Source: Adineta vaga (lineage: Eukaryota; Animalia; Rotifera). Taken from it: a stretch of DNA of 64,000 bases. The position numbers and the translations under genes are program-made. Numbering within the stretch: the stretch's first letter is position 1; each line of letters opens with the position of its first letter. Positions 34,813 through 47,396 of the stretch are shown here, one piece after another. Location: the NCBI GenBank assembly GCA_021613535.1, contig CP075492.1, forward strand, positions 5,828,001 through 5,892,000. The letters are read 5' to 3'. The notes under the pieces are model-generated. The model did not search any database. It saw only the letters and a program-made list of their open reading frames with translations, and was not told where the DNA came from.

Positions 34813-37740
34813 ATGGACGCTCTTATTCCAATCCTAAATAAACTTCAAGATGTATTCAATACAGTCGGTGCCGAAACAATTCAATTACCACAAATTGTGG
34901 TCGTTGGTTCACAAGTTTGTTATCTCAATCGATTTTTTCATACATTTCATCATCATTTGGACTTTCTAGAGTGCTGGTAAAAGTTCCGTCATAGAAAATA
35001 TTGTTGGACGAGATTTTCTTCCACGTGGTACTGGCATTGTAACACGACGTCCATTAACACTTCAATTGGTTTACACACCAGTCGAAGATAAAGAAATCCA
35101 ATGTCAACATTTAGGAAGTAAGAATACTGTTATCAAACATGTATTCATGAATCAACATCTTTTGTCTAGTCCCAGTGCCGAACGAAAATGAATTTGCATT
35201 CTTTACACATAGTAAAGATAAAGTTTATACAGATTTTAATGAAATTCGACATGAAATTGAAGCTGAAACTGATCGACTTGGTGGAAAAAAGGTTTGTTTT
35301 CTATTAGAAACTATTTTTATCAGTCATACTTTTTCTTTGTAGAATATTTCAAAAGAACCAATTACATTGAAAATTTATTCACCAAGAGTCGTCACCCTTA
35401 CATTGATTGATTTACCAGGTCTTACAAAGGTAGTGGAATGATTATTTTAAATTTTATTTTTCTATCGAATAGTTTTAGATACCCGTGGAAGATCAGCCAG
35501 CAGATATTGAACAACAAGTTCGAAATCTTATTACATATTATATTTCAAATCCAAATGCAATTATTCTTGCTATTACACCTGCAAATATTGATTTTTCAAC
35601 ATCAGAAGCAGTGAAATTTGCGAAAGAAGTCGATCCAGAAGGTATACACTTACTATATATTTATATACGACTGTTGTCATATCGAATTTCTTATTTCTAG
35701 GACGTCGAACATTAGCTGTATTAACAAAACTTGATCTAATGGATCGTGGAACTGATGCATATGATGTTCTATGTGGACGAGTTATTCCAGTTAAATTAGG
35801 TATCATTGGTGTGATCAATCGTAGTCAAGAAGATATTCATAAGAAAAAAGTTTGTTTCATATTTGATCAATGATTAATAGATTTCTATGTTTTAGCCAAT
35901 TGATGAAGCACTTCGTTATGAAACTGCATTTCTTCAAAAGAGTTATCCATCAATTGCTAATCGTAATGGTACACCATTTCTTGCGAAGACGTTAAATCGA
36001 GTATATTTTCGAAATTATACTATTGAAATTCAAGAACTATTCTCTACATTGATAGTTACTTATGCATCATATTCGTGATTGTTTACCATCATTAAAAGCT
36101 CGAATTAATCAAACGGTATCTCATTATCAAACATTGGTGAATTCATTTGGTGAACCAATTGAAGATAAAGTAATATATTTCGCTTTATAAACGAAACCAA
36201 AAGTACAATTTTTATTCTAGGGACGACTTTTATTACAAATTATTACAAAATTTGCTTCGAATTATTGTGCTACTATTGAAGGCACGGCAAAAAATATTGA
36301 AGTATCAGAATTGTTCGTGTTTCTAATTTGTTTATAGGCAAGAATTAACCTGTTTCTTTTGTTCAATATTCTTTAGATGTGGTGGTGCAAGAATTTGTTA
36401 TATCTTTCATGAAACATTTGCACGTGCTCTAGAATCAATCAATCCAATGGATAATTTAACTACATTCGATATATTGACAGCAATACGAAATGCAAATGTA
36501 TGAATTCATAATCGTCTTTACAAACATGAATTCGATTTTTTGTCTTTTATTTTATTTAGGGTTCGAGACCAGCTCTATTTGTTCCTGAAATATCTTTTGA
36601 ATTACTTGTCAAACGTCAAATTAAACGTCTCGAAGATCCAGGTTTACGTTGTGTTGAATTAGTCCATGAAGAATTACAAAGAATTATTCAACATTGTGGT
36701 GCTCAAGTAAAATTTCAATTTGAATATGAAAATATGTTATGAAATCTTGATTTGATCTTTTCTAGCAAGAATTCATACGTTTTCCACGTTTACATGAAAA
36801 AATTGTTGATGTTGTCACACAATTATTACGACGTCGATTACCTGAAACAAATCGTATGGTAGAAAATCTTGTTGGTATTGAATTAGCTTATGTCAATACT
36901 AAACATCCAGATTTTCATGAAGCTGGACTTATTCATAGAGCTTTAACTGAAGGAGATTCAATGATGAATGCACCAAAACATGACAATAGAGTTAGCATTA
37001 ATTAACATAAAGAAAGTCAATCGTAGTAGGGAGTTTTTTTTGTTTAGATGACTGATGAAGCGGTGTCAGGAAGATCAAATCAGATATTAACTCAACGTAA
37101 TGGACCATTAACGAATGGTATGCAATCATCGACACACACAGCAAATACGTCTCCAATCATGGCACCACTCGGTGATGGAGTACGTAAAACTCTTTTTCAG
37201 ATCTTTGAGATTGAATGTATGCAGTATGCAATGAGTTTATTCTCCTAATGGATCTAAAACTAATGCAAATTCTTCATATCTTTCTTTTAGACAATGATCA
37301 ATAGTCGAAAACTTTCACAACGTGAACAACGTGATTGTGAAGTGATCGGTAACAAATTCTGTTTTTTCATCAGTTTATCTCAAGACTAATTTTCTTTTGA
37401 TATCATTTTAGAAAGATTAATTCGTTCATACTTTTTCATTGTTCGAAAAAATATTCAAGATAGTGTACCTAAAGCTATCATGCACTTTCTTGTTAATTTT
37501 ATCAAAGATCAACTTCAAAGTGAACTGGTCGCATTATTATATAAAACATCAACAAATGAACATGAAGATTTACTCAATGAATCTAGTCATATTGCACAAC
37601 GACGTAAAGACGCACACGAAATGCTCGAAGTAATTTTCAAAATTTCAATTACATTCACATCTCGATTGTTTATTTCATTTTAGGCATTACACAAAGCTAA
37701 TCAAATTATATCCGAAGTGCGAGAAACTCATTTGTGGTGA
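34813..37740 (+). CDS. DNM1L: Dynamin-related protein 1 (Drp1)
   Basis: [57 protein letters not shown] and TKLD motifs, and a GED ending [10 protein letters not shown]. Confidence 0.97.
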
Positions 37741-38344
37741 ATATAGAACAATATACTTTTTTTTTCGATATTTCACAAAATCCTTCAGTAGATATTTATT
37801 CTGTGTGTGCACCAGTCTTCTTTTTTTTTCGTTTAAACTCCAACTAAATCTGTATTTTTTTATATTTCAAACTAAAGAATAAACCAGAACAGAATATATT
37901 TATTATCGTAACATTATACATATTAGAAATTTTAAATCTTCATAGATTGTATTTCGACCATGTTAGAACAGTAACAATACAAATTGAATGACACATATTC
38001 AATTTCGATACTTTCATTTCGTTTTTCACTATACTATGTGATGATTATACGAGCAACTATCTGATGATATAATAGTTACACGTGCAAATGAAATGGATTT
38101 TTAAAAAGCTATTCGAATAAGACGAAGTTTTCATGATAAAATCAGTATTAAAAATCTAAAAATAACCTTGTTTTTTTGTCCTTTAAAGATATTTTTAATG
38201 AATAATATGTAATTATCTTAATTTTACACTGTATAACTCTGTAAATATATTAATCAGATTAAATAAAAATATTTTTTGTGCGTATTGATAAAAAAATCCG
38301 TGTGTTTTGTACTTTTTTCATTGATGAATCATATGAGGAAAAAC

Positions 38345-39240
38345 TCATGTTATTGCAACATCGCATTTCATTCTCAATACATATCATAGTTGACACAGAA
38401 AAGTAGTGTGGCATTACAAATGCTTCACAAATGAATACCACATATATCATCGGTATTTTAAGCAAAAATCCAACTAAATAAATAGGGTATGCTGAAAGGC
38501 CATATCCACTCAAAAAGGGGTAATTCCCATGCATTACAACTTTTTGTTACATATGTATAAATGTAAATTTGATGCCATATATATTAATCTTAAAATGCTA
38601 TCGAAACAGAACTCAAATTCTTACGCATCTCGCACAGAATTTGCAAACAACATCTTGCACAACATCGTTCGTTTTAGCTTAAAAGCACCTTTTTTAACCT
38701 TTATTATCGGTGGTCCGAAAATGAGATTCGTACACAAAAACCCTTGACGATCATCTTGATTGTTATGCTGAAAGGCCATATCCGCACTCACGATCTCATT
38801 GAAATATGACTACCACCACGAAAGTTTTTATCATTTTTAACGGAACAGAATGGCTTATTTTGACACTATCTTGCAGAAATAATACTTATTTTGGTATGAA
38901 TCATCTTTTTCCTTGTCATGTGCATTCATATACCGAACAGTAAGCCAAATACTAAAATGATGTCATTCAGTTGTCTATAAATAGAGAATAGATACGAAGA
39001 CTATCTAAATAACAAAGGCGTTTTCGGTTCAGTCAATGATTAGATAAATGAATACACATCATCTTTAAATACAACCATTTCGAATCAATGAATATGAACA
39101 ATTTTATATACTCCATGTTATAATTTGTTCTATTCTATTCTATAACAAGTCATGTGCATTTGTTTAATTTTTAATAAACTTTCTTTTTCTTCTATTCTAT
39201 GACTCGCAACAACTTCGTCATGTTATTGCAACATCTCATT
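38345..39240. repeat. Intergenic region with two interleaved short direct-repeat pairs (possible decayed non-autonomous element)
   Basis: TATGCTGAAAGGCCATATCC at 38488 and 38764; TCATGTTATTGCAACATC at 38345 and 39218. No credible ORF. Confidence 0.35.
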
Positions 39241-39762
39241 GTTCTTTAAATTTAAATAGATTCTTTTAAAACAGTAGTTTACGTGGTTGAGGATTTGGTT
39301 CATGTTTCAAGAAACTTGAATCTATTAAGCAGCTGCTGGAGGGTCTTAATATCCGCTTTAATATTTCAACTCATTACTGAAAAAGTAAATTCATACTTAA
39401 GCAAAAATAAATTAGAAAACGAAACGGTTTCAAATCCTTGACTGCAATCTTTTTCTTTTGTCTTCGAACAAAATCACATTGAACTCGATCAAAGATAGAT
39501 GTTGGTGACGTATTTCCAGCATTGCTGTCTCTCTCTCTTCTGTCTACTCACCTAACTAACCTTGAAGTATTTCTGAGTAAATATTGATTGATAGGATTAA
39601 ACTGCACATGTGATCACTGATGCATATCCTATCGTACATACGATATCCCATGCGTATCTATTTTCGCAATATAAAAAGACACCCATATCAATCAATCTTC
39701 ATACTTATTTTGATTATACATTCGAAAAAACGAATATTAAACGATAAAAGTAAATTGAAGAT

Positions 39763-42063
39763 ATGGATAAAAAGAAAGATTCAGCATCAGCAGACAAAAC
39801 CAAGACAACTACAACAACCAAAACAACGAAGCATGAGGAGAAAAAAGATGAAAATTTTCTTGCCAGAGCTGCACATTCTATTCGAGACAAAGTACATGAT
39901 ATCACTGACGACGTCAAAGAAAAAGCACACCATTTAACGCATAATGACGATTCCAAGAAAGACAAAGATCATAAGAAATCAGATACAAAATTAAAAGCAT
40001 CATCGACCATACCCAAGGATAAAGACAGTTCCGATGATGAGAAAAACAAAGATCCAATCAAACCACCTGGTGCTTCAGACAGTATGATTTTGATAGTGAA
40101 ACTGAACAACGATCATTTCATATTGATCTTATTTTTAGAACCACCATCGAGCAATAAAGAAGGTGATGCTGCTGCTGCTTCATCGAGTAAGATATCTCTT
40201 GAGTTATGATTGATCAATGAATAATAACATTTTCTAGAACCTGCTCCAAGTAAATCAGCAGGTTTACCATCGGGAGGTGGTGACAATGCAAGTTCTTCTG
40301 GTGCTCCACCATCTTCAAGTATGTCGTGATTATTATTTAATATACATATAGCTGTAGAAACTTTCTCTTAGAACCACCTGGTAACGATCCAACCAGTAAA
40401 GCTACAGAGCCACCATCTGGTAGTGATTCAAAACCTCCTGGAGAGAAAAAAGGTGATGGTGCAACTGGACCTTCTGGTATGCAATTTAAAATAAAGATAA
40501 TTCCTATATGAAATTTCTTTGTATAGATGCGCATGATAATGATTCAGCTAGTAAAGTTTCTGGTGTACCTGCTGGTGATAAAAAACCGTCGGGTGGCGAT
40601 AATGATACGTTGAAACCACTATCAAATAAAAAATCATCGGAATCCAATCCAAATGATCAAGTTCACATTTCATTCGATGGTCTGTTATATATACAATCGA
40701 TGTTCATTGATTCATTTCTTTCCTCTTGTCATTTTATTCTATTGTAGGTATTGTAACAGTAGATGATTTGCTCGAACGTATAGATCAAGCTATCGAAAGT
40801 GCAAAGATAATCGTCGATGATGGTAAGAAGAAAATTGAAGGAGAGAAGCCTCCTTCTGCTTCTGCTGGCGAAAAGAAACCTGCGGAGGATGAACCAGTTC
40901 GTATCACATTTGGTGATGTTCATAATATGGAAGATCTTCTTGCTGCAGTTAATAATCAACCAGGGAATCGAAAAGTTGTTCTCGAAGGTGCCCCTGGAGA
41001 ATCAAATCATGTTTCGATTAAAAAAGATAGCAGCTCATCGTCTAGTGGCAATCCTGACGATAAAACTGCATCAACTACAGTGAAAAAAACCGAAACTCCA
41101 TCGTCAATAACAAAAGAAGAAAAGACAGAAACACCAACATCATCATCAAAAACAACGGAAAAGAAGGAAGATACACCGTCATCAATATCCAAAACAACTG
41201 AAAAAAAAGAAGAGACACCAACATCATCATCGAAAGTAACGGAGAAAAAAGAAGAGACACCAACATCATCATCAAAAACAACGGAAAAGAAGGAAGATAC
41301 ACCGTCATCAATATCCAAAACAACTGAAAAAAAAGAAGAGACACCAACATCATCATCGAAAGTAACGGAGAAAAAAGAAGAGACACCAACATCATCATCA
41401 AAAACAACGGAAAAGAAGGAAGATACACCGTCATCAATATCCAAAACAACTGAAAAAAAAGAAGAAACACCAACATCATCATCGAAAACAACAGAAAAGA
41501 AGGAAGAAACACCATCATCGGTATCGAAAACAACTGAGAAAAAAGAAGAGACACCAACATCCAAAACAACTGAAAAGAAGGAAGAAACACCAATATCATC
41601 CTCGACAACGAAAAAGGAAGAAACACCATCAGGAGCAACAAAAGTTGAAAAAACAGAAACACCCACAGCGTCAAAAACTACTGTTAAAACAACTGAAACT
41701 TCTCCACAATCAAACGATACATCTTCTCCTGAAAGCGATCAAATCCATGTTAATATTGAAAACGTTCAAAGTGTTGATGAACTTTTAGATCGTATTGATG
41801 CAGCTGTTCAAAAAGTTCCCGTTGTTATTGATATGAAACCACGAGATGATGCAAAGAAAGGTTTGTTTCTATACAGTGAATATACTCATAAATTTATTTT
41901 CTTTCATATAGCTTCATCAGCAATCAAAGAAACTACTGAAACCGAAGTTAAAAGTGAAAATCGTGCTAGTGTTGATATGAAAGATATGTCATCTTCGATG
42001 AAATTTCAGAAACAAGAATCCGGAACTAAACAAGACAACGATGATAAATCGGATACATTCTAG
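39763..42063 (+). CDS. Highly hydrophilic, largely disordered repeat protein (hydrophilin/LEA-like candidate), multi-exon
   Basis: K/E/D/S/T/P-rich; LEA-like amphipathic FLARAAHSIRDKVHDITDDVKEKAHH; small Pro/Gly/Ser exons; 14-aa tandem repeat. Confidence 0.75.
41080..41700 (+). repeat. Coding tandem repeat, 42-nt unit (EETPTSSSKTTEKK) with a 126-nt higher-order period
   Basis: AAGAAGGAAGATACACCGTC recurs at 41161, 41287 and 41413 (126-nt spacing). Confidence 0.9.
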
Positions 42064-42351
42064 ATATAATGACTTTTTTTTTACATATTATCTCATTTTT
42101 TTTATTGCCAATCAAATAAAATTCAAGCAAATACGCTCGAGTTTCTTTTATTTCTCATTAAATGTGATTCAACAAGTTTGCTAGCGACATCTTTTCTCTT
42201 CGTTAACGACCATTTTGACTTGATTTAACTACCTACCTACCAAACATATAGTTTAGTTAACACCAATAAATACTATACACATTGCCATATCGTATTTTCT
42301 TTTTGAACCCGAAAATTTCATAGATCAATAGTTTCAGATCAATTAATACTC

Positions 42352-43505
42352 ATGTCGAAACGTTTTTTTGAAGGCGCTCAACATGCCGCTCGTTATGCTG
42401 CTACTCGACCTTCATATCCACCAGTATTAATGAAAAAAATCATTGATTTTCTTTCGAAAAAAGTACACTTTTTTTCTTCGACGTATTCTTATTCTTCGTT
42501 TATCTAATTAGTACAAAGGTGTATATGATTCTGCAGCCGATATTGGTTGTGGTAGTGGTCAGAGTACAGAACTTTTATCACCTTATTTTAAAAAAGTTTA
42601 TGGTAATCATTCTATATTATTAGAAACCTTTCGATTATAAAGCCCTTCTCTTAAGGTTACGATGTGAGTGAAAATCAAATAAAAGAAGCAAAAGCTAAAA
42701 ATAAACTATCAAATATTGAATACAAGTAAGATAAATTTTGAACGTTGCTTCATTATTGATGGTTATCGTTATCATAGGGTCAATTCAACCAATGTAATTC
42801 CACATGAAAAACAATCACTTTGTTTAATTACTGCTGCACAAGTAAATATAATACTCCTTGAATTATCTTATAAGCGTACGTCTTCAGGCAGCACATTGGT
42901 TTGATTTAAAACAATTTTATTCGGAAGTAAATCGAACTTTGAAACCTATGGGTGTTTTAGCAGTTTACGGTTATGGATTACTTGAAGTCGGTGATCAGCA
43001 ATACTTACACCTTAATGATATTATTCAAAAAGTGATTAGAAGAACAATTATGAAGAAAATGAATTAACCTTTTTATCTTAGTTCTACCAAAAAATGCGAC
43101 CTTATTTTCCGCCAGATCGTGTTCATATTGATAACAAATATGCCGATATAATCTTACCATATGAAGAGAAAATTCGGTAAAACGTGAAAAAACTCGAAAG
43201 AAATAAAATGAATTGCTGTATATTTTCAGTGATGAAAGTCTAAAAATTAACTATGAATGGAATCTTGATCGGCTCATTGCTTATGTATCAACATGGTCAG
43301 GATATGTTCATTATATGAAAAAACATCCAGAACGAGATGTTCTTATCGATTTGCATCAAGAGTAAGATGATGACAACGATTATTTTGTTGAATGAAAATT
43401 CTATTATTTAGATTATTTGAAGCCATGAAAACGGAAAATGATAAAGAATTATTAAAAATTGATTTTCCAATTTTTGCTCTACTCGGTCGTAAAATAACGG
43501 AATAA
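42352..43505 (+). CDS. Class I SAM-dependent methyltransferase (Methyltransf_11; Crg1/Tmt1-like), multi-exon
   Basis: RYAATRPSYPP, AADIGCGSGQST, GYDVSENQI, LITAAQAAHWFD and RTLKPMGVLAVYGY. Confidence 0.9.
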
Positions 43506-43558
43506 ACTACTTGAAATCTTCTTTTACTTCTAGATAACAGAGAAGAAAAAAACGAAAT

Positions 43559-44400
43559 ATGTTAACTTATGAAAGCGTTACTATTGGTCAACGTGTTGAA
43601 GTTTTACATAACAATCAAGTTTTGTACGGAACAGTTCTGTATAAAGGACCGCTTGTAAGTCGACGTGGCATGTGGATTGGAATTGATTTAACGACTCCAG
43701 AGGGAGATAATGATGGTACTTTGAAAGGACGAGTCTATTTTCGAGCACCAATGCATTATGGACTTTTTACGACGATAGATCATGTTCGTTTGGCATCGAA
43801 TTTTAGACGAAAGTAAAAGAAAAAGGAATTTCTTAGAGACAAATATATTTCTTTTCGTTTAGACCAAGATCATTTTATCGAACAGTGAATAAAAAAAGTG
43901 TTGTTGAAGAAGAATTATTTGGTAATATAGGTAAAAGAATAATATTGGAGAGATAATTCATACTACTTGATTTCGTTGCATTCAGATCCATTAACATTAC
44001 CACTTCCATCAAGTAATGCAACCATATCAAATTCTAAAATTACTTCTTCACTAAAAAATCCTCATGAACGTCCAAAAACGAGTAGTTTATATGAACAGCA
44101 AAATCGATATCCACGTTCACAAACTTTAATCAATAAATATGATGGTGGAGTACGACAATCTCGTGATCTTGAAAGTATAATGTCCAATCGATCATATACA
44201 ACGTAAGTTATCTTTGTAAAAGTATGAATAGCATTTCTTTTTCTGTTTTGATTAGAGAACATAGTTTTGCACCTGTACCATCGATTCCACGTATTTTTAT
44301 GCCACCGACTGAAGTTGATCGAGCAAAACGAACTGGTTTCGTTGGTATGAGCATACCTCGATATACAGTAGTCTATGATCAAAAAGATTTCCTTGAATGA
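43559..44400 (+). CDS. Small CAP-Gly domain protein (4 exons)
   Basis: IGQRVEV...GTVLYKG...WIGIDLTTPEGDNDGTLKGRVYF...YGLF; the spliced tail ends DQKDFLE*. Confidence 0.85.
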
Positions 44401-44530
44401 ATGAATGAATGAATTGTGTGAAAAGTTGCCCATAAAACTTTTTATAATATTAATTTTTATGTCAAATGTGTATTTGTATATTTATTTTTCTCATATACTT
44501 AATACATCATTCTCAATATATATATATATA

Positions 44531-46414
44531 TCAACAAACTTTATTATGCGCATATGTATGATAATATTTTCTTGGTATAATATCAAAATGATGTGTTATA
44601 TTCAATCGAACAGCTGCATAATAAACAGATAATTGTCCACGATAGGCAAAATAATTAATTTCATTATGCCAACCACACAGATATCGGAAATTACAAGGAT
44701 GATTATTTCGATAGAAAAACATTGCAATATCATACATGCGTATATTCATTGCATCAGAACGTGAATAGAATCCATCACGTTTATACTCTGCTTCTTGACG
44801 TTTTATATCCATTACAAATCGCTTAAAACCAATAGATGATGAACCTTCTCGATCACGGATACGTTCAATTGTATAATTAACTTCGATTGCAGATGTTCGA
44901 TCAAGTTCACTATGACGAGCAGAAAAGATTGATGCTGGAGTATTCCGTAAAATGTCAACAATATTCATTAAATGTGCTTTACCATCAAGCCAAATAATCC
45001 ATTTTGCTAATGGAAACATTCGTTGACCAACAGTTTTTAATGTTTCAATTGTTTTAGCAGGAAAATTAAATAATGATGCATTATTACCTAAATCAATTAA
45101 ATCCCATTGAGATTTGAAACCTTGCGACTGAGAATTTTTCAATGCTTTCCATGTTTTTGTATCCACTAAAGCGACATAACAAAATGATGATAAGATTCCA
45201 CCATCTGCTGATGGTAATGGATCATAACAATTGATAATTGAAGTGAAAACTATTGTTTCACATGTATGATTTCGACCATATCGTTTTCGAACTATATCAA
45301 AAATCGATGGAATTGCAAAACCACATTTTATTGATTTATAATTCGATTGACTATACAATTGTTCACGATCTTTGAATGAATATAGGTCACTAAATGCACA
45401 ATCGAATTCATTTACTAAACATCGATCAATATTATCTGTTGAAAGTCGATTAGGAAATGTTTCTGATTGCATTTGTGCAAATATTCCATCATTATAACAT
45501 TGACGATTATCAATTAAATATCGAGTGAATGAACGGTTACCATGTAGATAATAAAAATCATTAAGATAGGTGAATTGTGATGAACGAGATGGAATAGAAT
45601 TATTTAAAACATGTTCAGCAACATCAGATCGATCCCACCAAAGAGCGTCCTCAATAAAACGATGTGAATCATATTGGACGATCTCTTTGGATAGTGCGTT
45701 TGAAATATTCGATAATACAATAAAATCAATTAGAGATTTTTCACAATCATCTAAATTTTTATGAATTAATTCTTCTGAATTGATAATTTTCCATTTAGTT
45801 GAAGGATTAATATCGAAAAGTTTTTGAAAAGATTTAATAACTTCAGTAGCTTTGTCGATTTTTGCTTGAAAATATGATAGATCCGAAATAGAGATTGATT
45901 TCTGCATATCTAAATGTTGAAATACAACAGTTGCTGTCACGGATTTTCTTTTGAAATATATATGATTAACAACATCTTTTATTCTCCGATGAATAGTCGT
46001 TGTACATGCTGATTGTTTACTAAGATGAGCTGAAAGTGAAACGATATAAATCTGAACAAATGGTTGATCAGTTAAATTGAATGGGAAAGATTTTTCTTTA
46101 CGAATACAACAATTCTCATCTAAATGTGTAATTCTAATATTGCCTAATTTTCTCGTCAAAATCCATTGAATATATTTCATAAGACCAGTTCCATCATGAG
46201 TCCATATAATTGACTTGACTGATGTTTGATGAGAACATGAATGTGTTTTACATAAATGATCATCGATAGGTTGAGAACAAGGAATATTAATAAAGTTTTG
46301 CTCAAGAAAATAGAAAGATAAACGTGGATAGTTTACATGAGCAATAAGAATAATGTAAATTATGAGTATTAATACGCAAATATATAAACGACGTGAAGAA
46401 TTGACCCAACGCAT
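44531..46414 (-). CDS. Type II membrane protein with C-terminal DUF616 (TOD1/MUCI70-like glycosyltransferase) domain
   Basis: Intronless 627-aa ORF with an N-terminal TM anchor; CETIVFTSIINCYDPL, FCYVALVD, RMFPLAKWIIWLDGK, ARH, and CGWHNEINYFAYRGQLS. Confidence 0.72.
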   Translation of the reverse strand: MRWVNSSRRLYICVLILIIYIILIAHVNYPRLSFYFLEQNFINIPCSQPIDDHLCKTHSCSHQTSVKSIIWTHDGTGLMKYIQWILTRKLGNIRITHLDENCCIRKEKSFPFNLTDQPFVQIYIVSLSAHLSKQSACTTTIHRRIKDVVNHIYFKRKSVTATVVFQHLDMQKSISISDLSYFQAKIDKATEVIKSFQKLFDINPSTKWKIINSEELIHKNLDDCEKSLIDFIVLSNISNALSKEIVQYDSHRFIEDALWWDRSDVAEHVLNNSIPSRSSQFTYLNDFYYLHGNRSFTRYLIDNRQCYNDGIFAQMQSETFPNRLSTDNIDRCLVNEFDCAFSDLYSFKDREQLYSQSNYKSIKCGFAIPSIFDIVRKRYGRNHTCETIVFTSIINCYDPLPSADGGILSSFCYVALVDTKTWKALKNSQSQGFKSQWDLIDLGNNASLFNFPAKTIETLKTVGQRMFPLAKWIIWLDGKAHLMNIVDILRNTPASIFSARHSELDRTSAIEVNYTIERIRDREGSSSIGFKRFVMDIKRQEAEYKRDGFYSRSDAMNIRMYDIAMFFYRNNHPCNFRYLCGWHNEINYFAYRGQLSVYYAAVRLNITHHFDIIPRKYYHTYAHNKVC

Positions 46415-47268
46415 TGCCTAAAATAGAATCGATTAATGTTAGTTCGGAATATACAAATTACTGAATTAAAATATGAGAGGCACATAGTTTTGTGGAAATT
46501 TGCCTAAGTGCTGATGGTGAGAATTCGTTCTAATATGATCATATTTACTTTAACATACAACATACATAAGTGAGAAAAAAGAAAGCACAAATAATACGAT
46601 TTAGTAAAGTAAAAAAGAAGAAGAAGAAGAAGAAATCAGATCAAGAACCTTGAATCAAAGAAATAAAAAGTCCATCAAAAGTAATTTATTCACTAGCTGA
46701 TGATATACTCGAATCAAGATAAGTAAGGCCCATTAATAGTGCAATTGAATATCTTTATTTTAAATCGAATGAGTGGAATAATTTATGTCTTATATTCGTA
46801 TTGAACATTGAGTGAAAAGATAAATGCTAAATATTCTATCATTGCCTTTGAATCGCTAGTGCACTGTAATTCATACTATTTCCATAACATTTTACTTACT
46901 GAATTCAATGTGCACAAAATAAGAGAGAGAAAAAGAATTGTAGTATGTCTGAATATACATTAAAATACGAGTAAATAGAAAAAAAGTAAGCAATATAAAG
47001 TTTACTTCGATTTTCCATCTAATTTATTATAACCGGAAATTAATTACTAACTGATGAGGGAATTGTTTCAATAATTGCCAATGATATTCTTGAAACCGTT
47101 CGAAAAATTACACTGTAATAGAGTTAGAAACATATATTGAATCTTCTCAGTTGAGTATTTCTCTGTCTTCTAACAAATCTATTTCATTTATTCTTTCTCA
47201 ATTGTATATATTTGTCTTCAATCGGAGAAGGAAACGTGAATTTTAATGTTCATTTCCTCCAAATAGGC

Positions 47269-47294
47269 AGCACACACACACACACACACACACA
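47269..47294. repeat. (CA)n microsatellite
   Basis: About 12 CA units. Confidence 0.85.
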
Positions 47295-47396
47295 TCCTAT
47301 GAGACATACTTTCATCAAAGTTTTTTATTTTGAAGTATGTGAGTAAAAAGAAAAATCATCGTTAATGTCTCGTTAAAATATATTCTGAAGAAGTTC

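Noticed and set aside
41007-41674. Long minus-strand repetitive ORFs (219 and 199 aa) and the 42-nt repeat as a possible CRISPR-like array
   Set aside because: These are antisense shadows of the plus-strand coding repeat. The units abut without unique spacers and no cas genes are present.
43362-43559. Methyltransferase-CAP-Gly fusion by alternative splicing
   Set aside because: Joining the last donor to the AG at about 43533 yields GAA TAA, an immediate stop.
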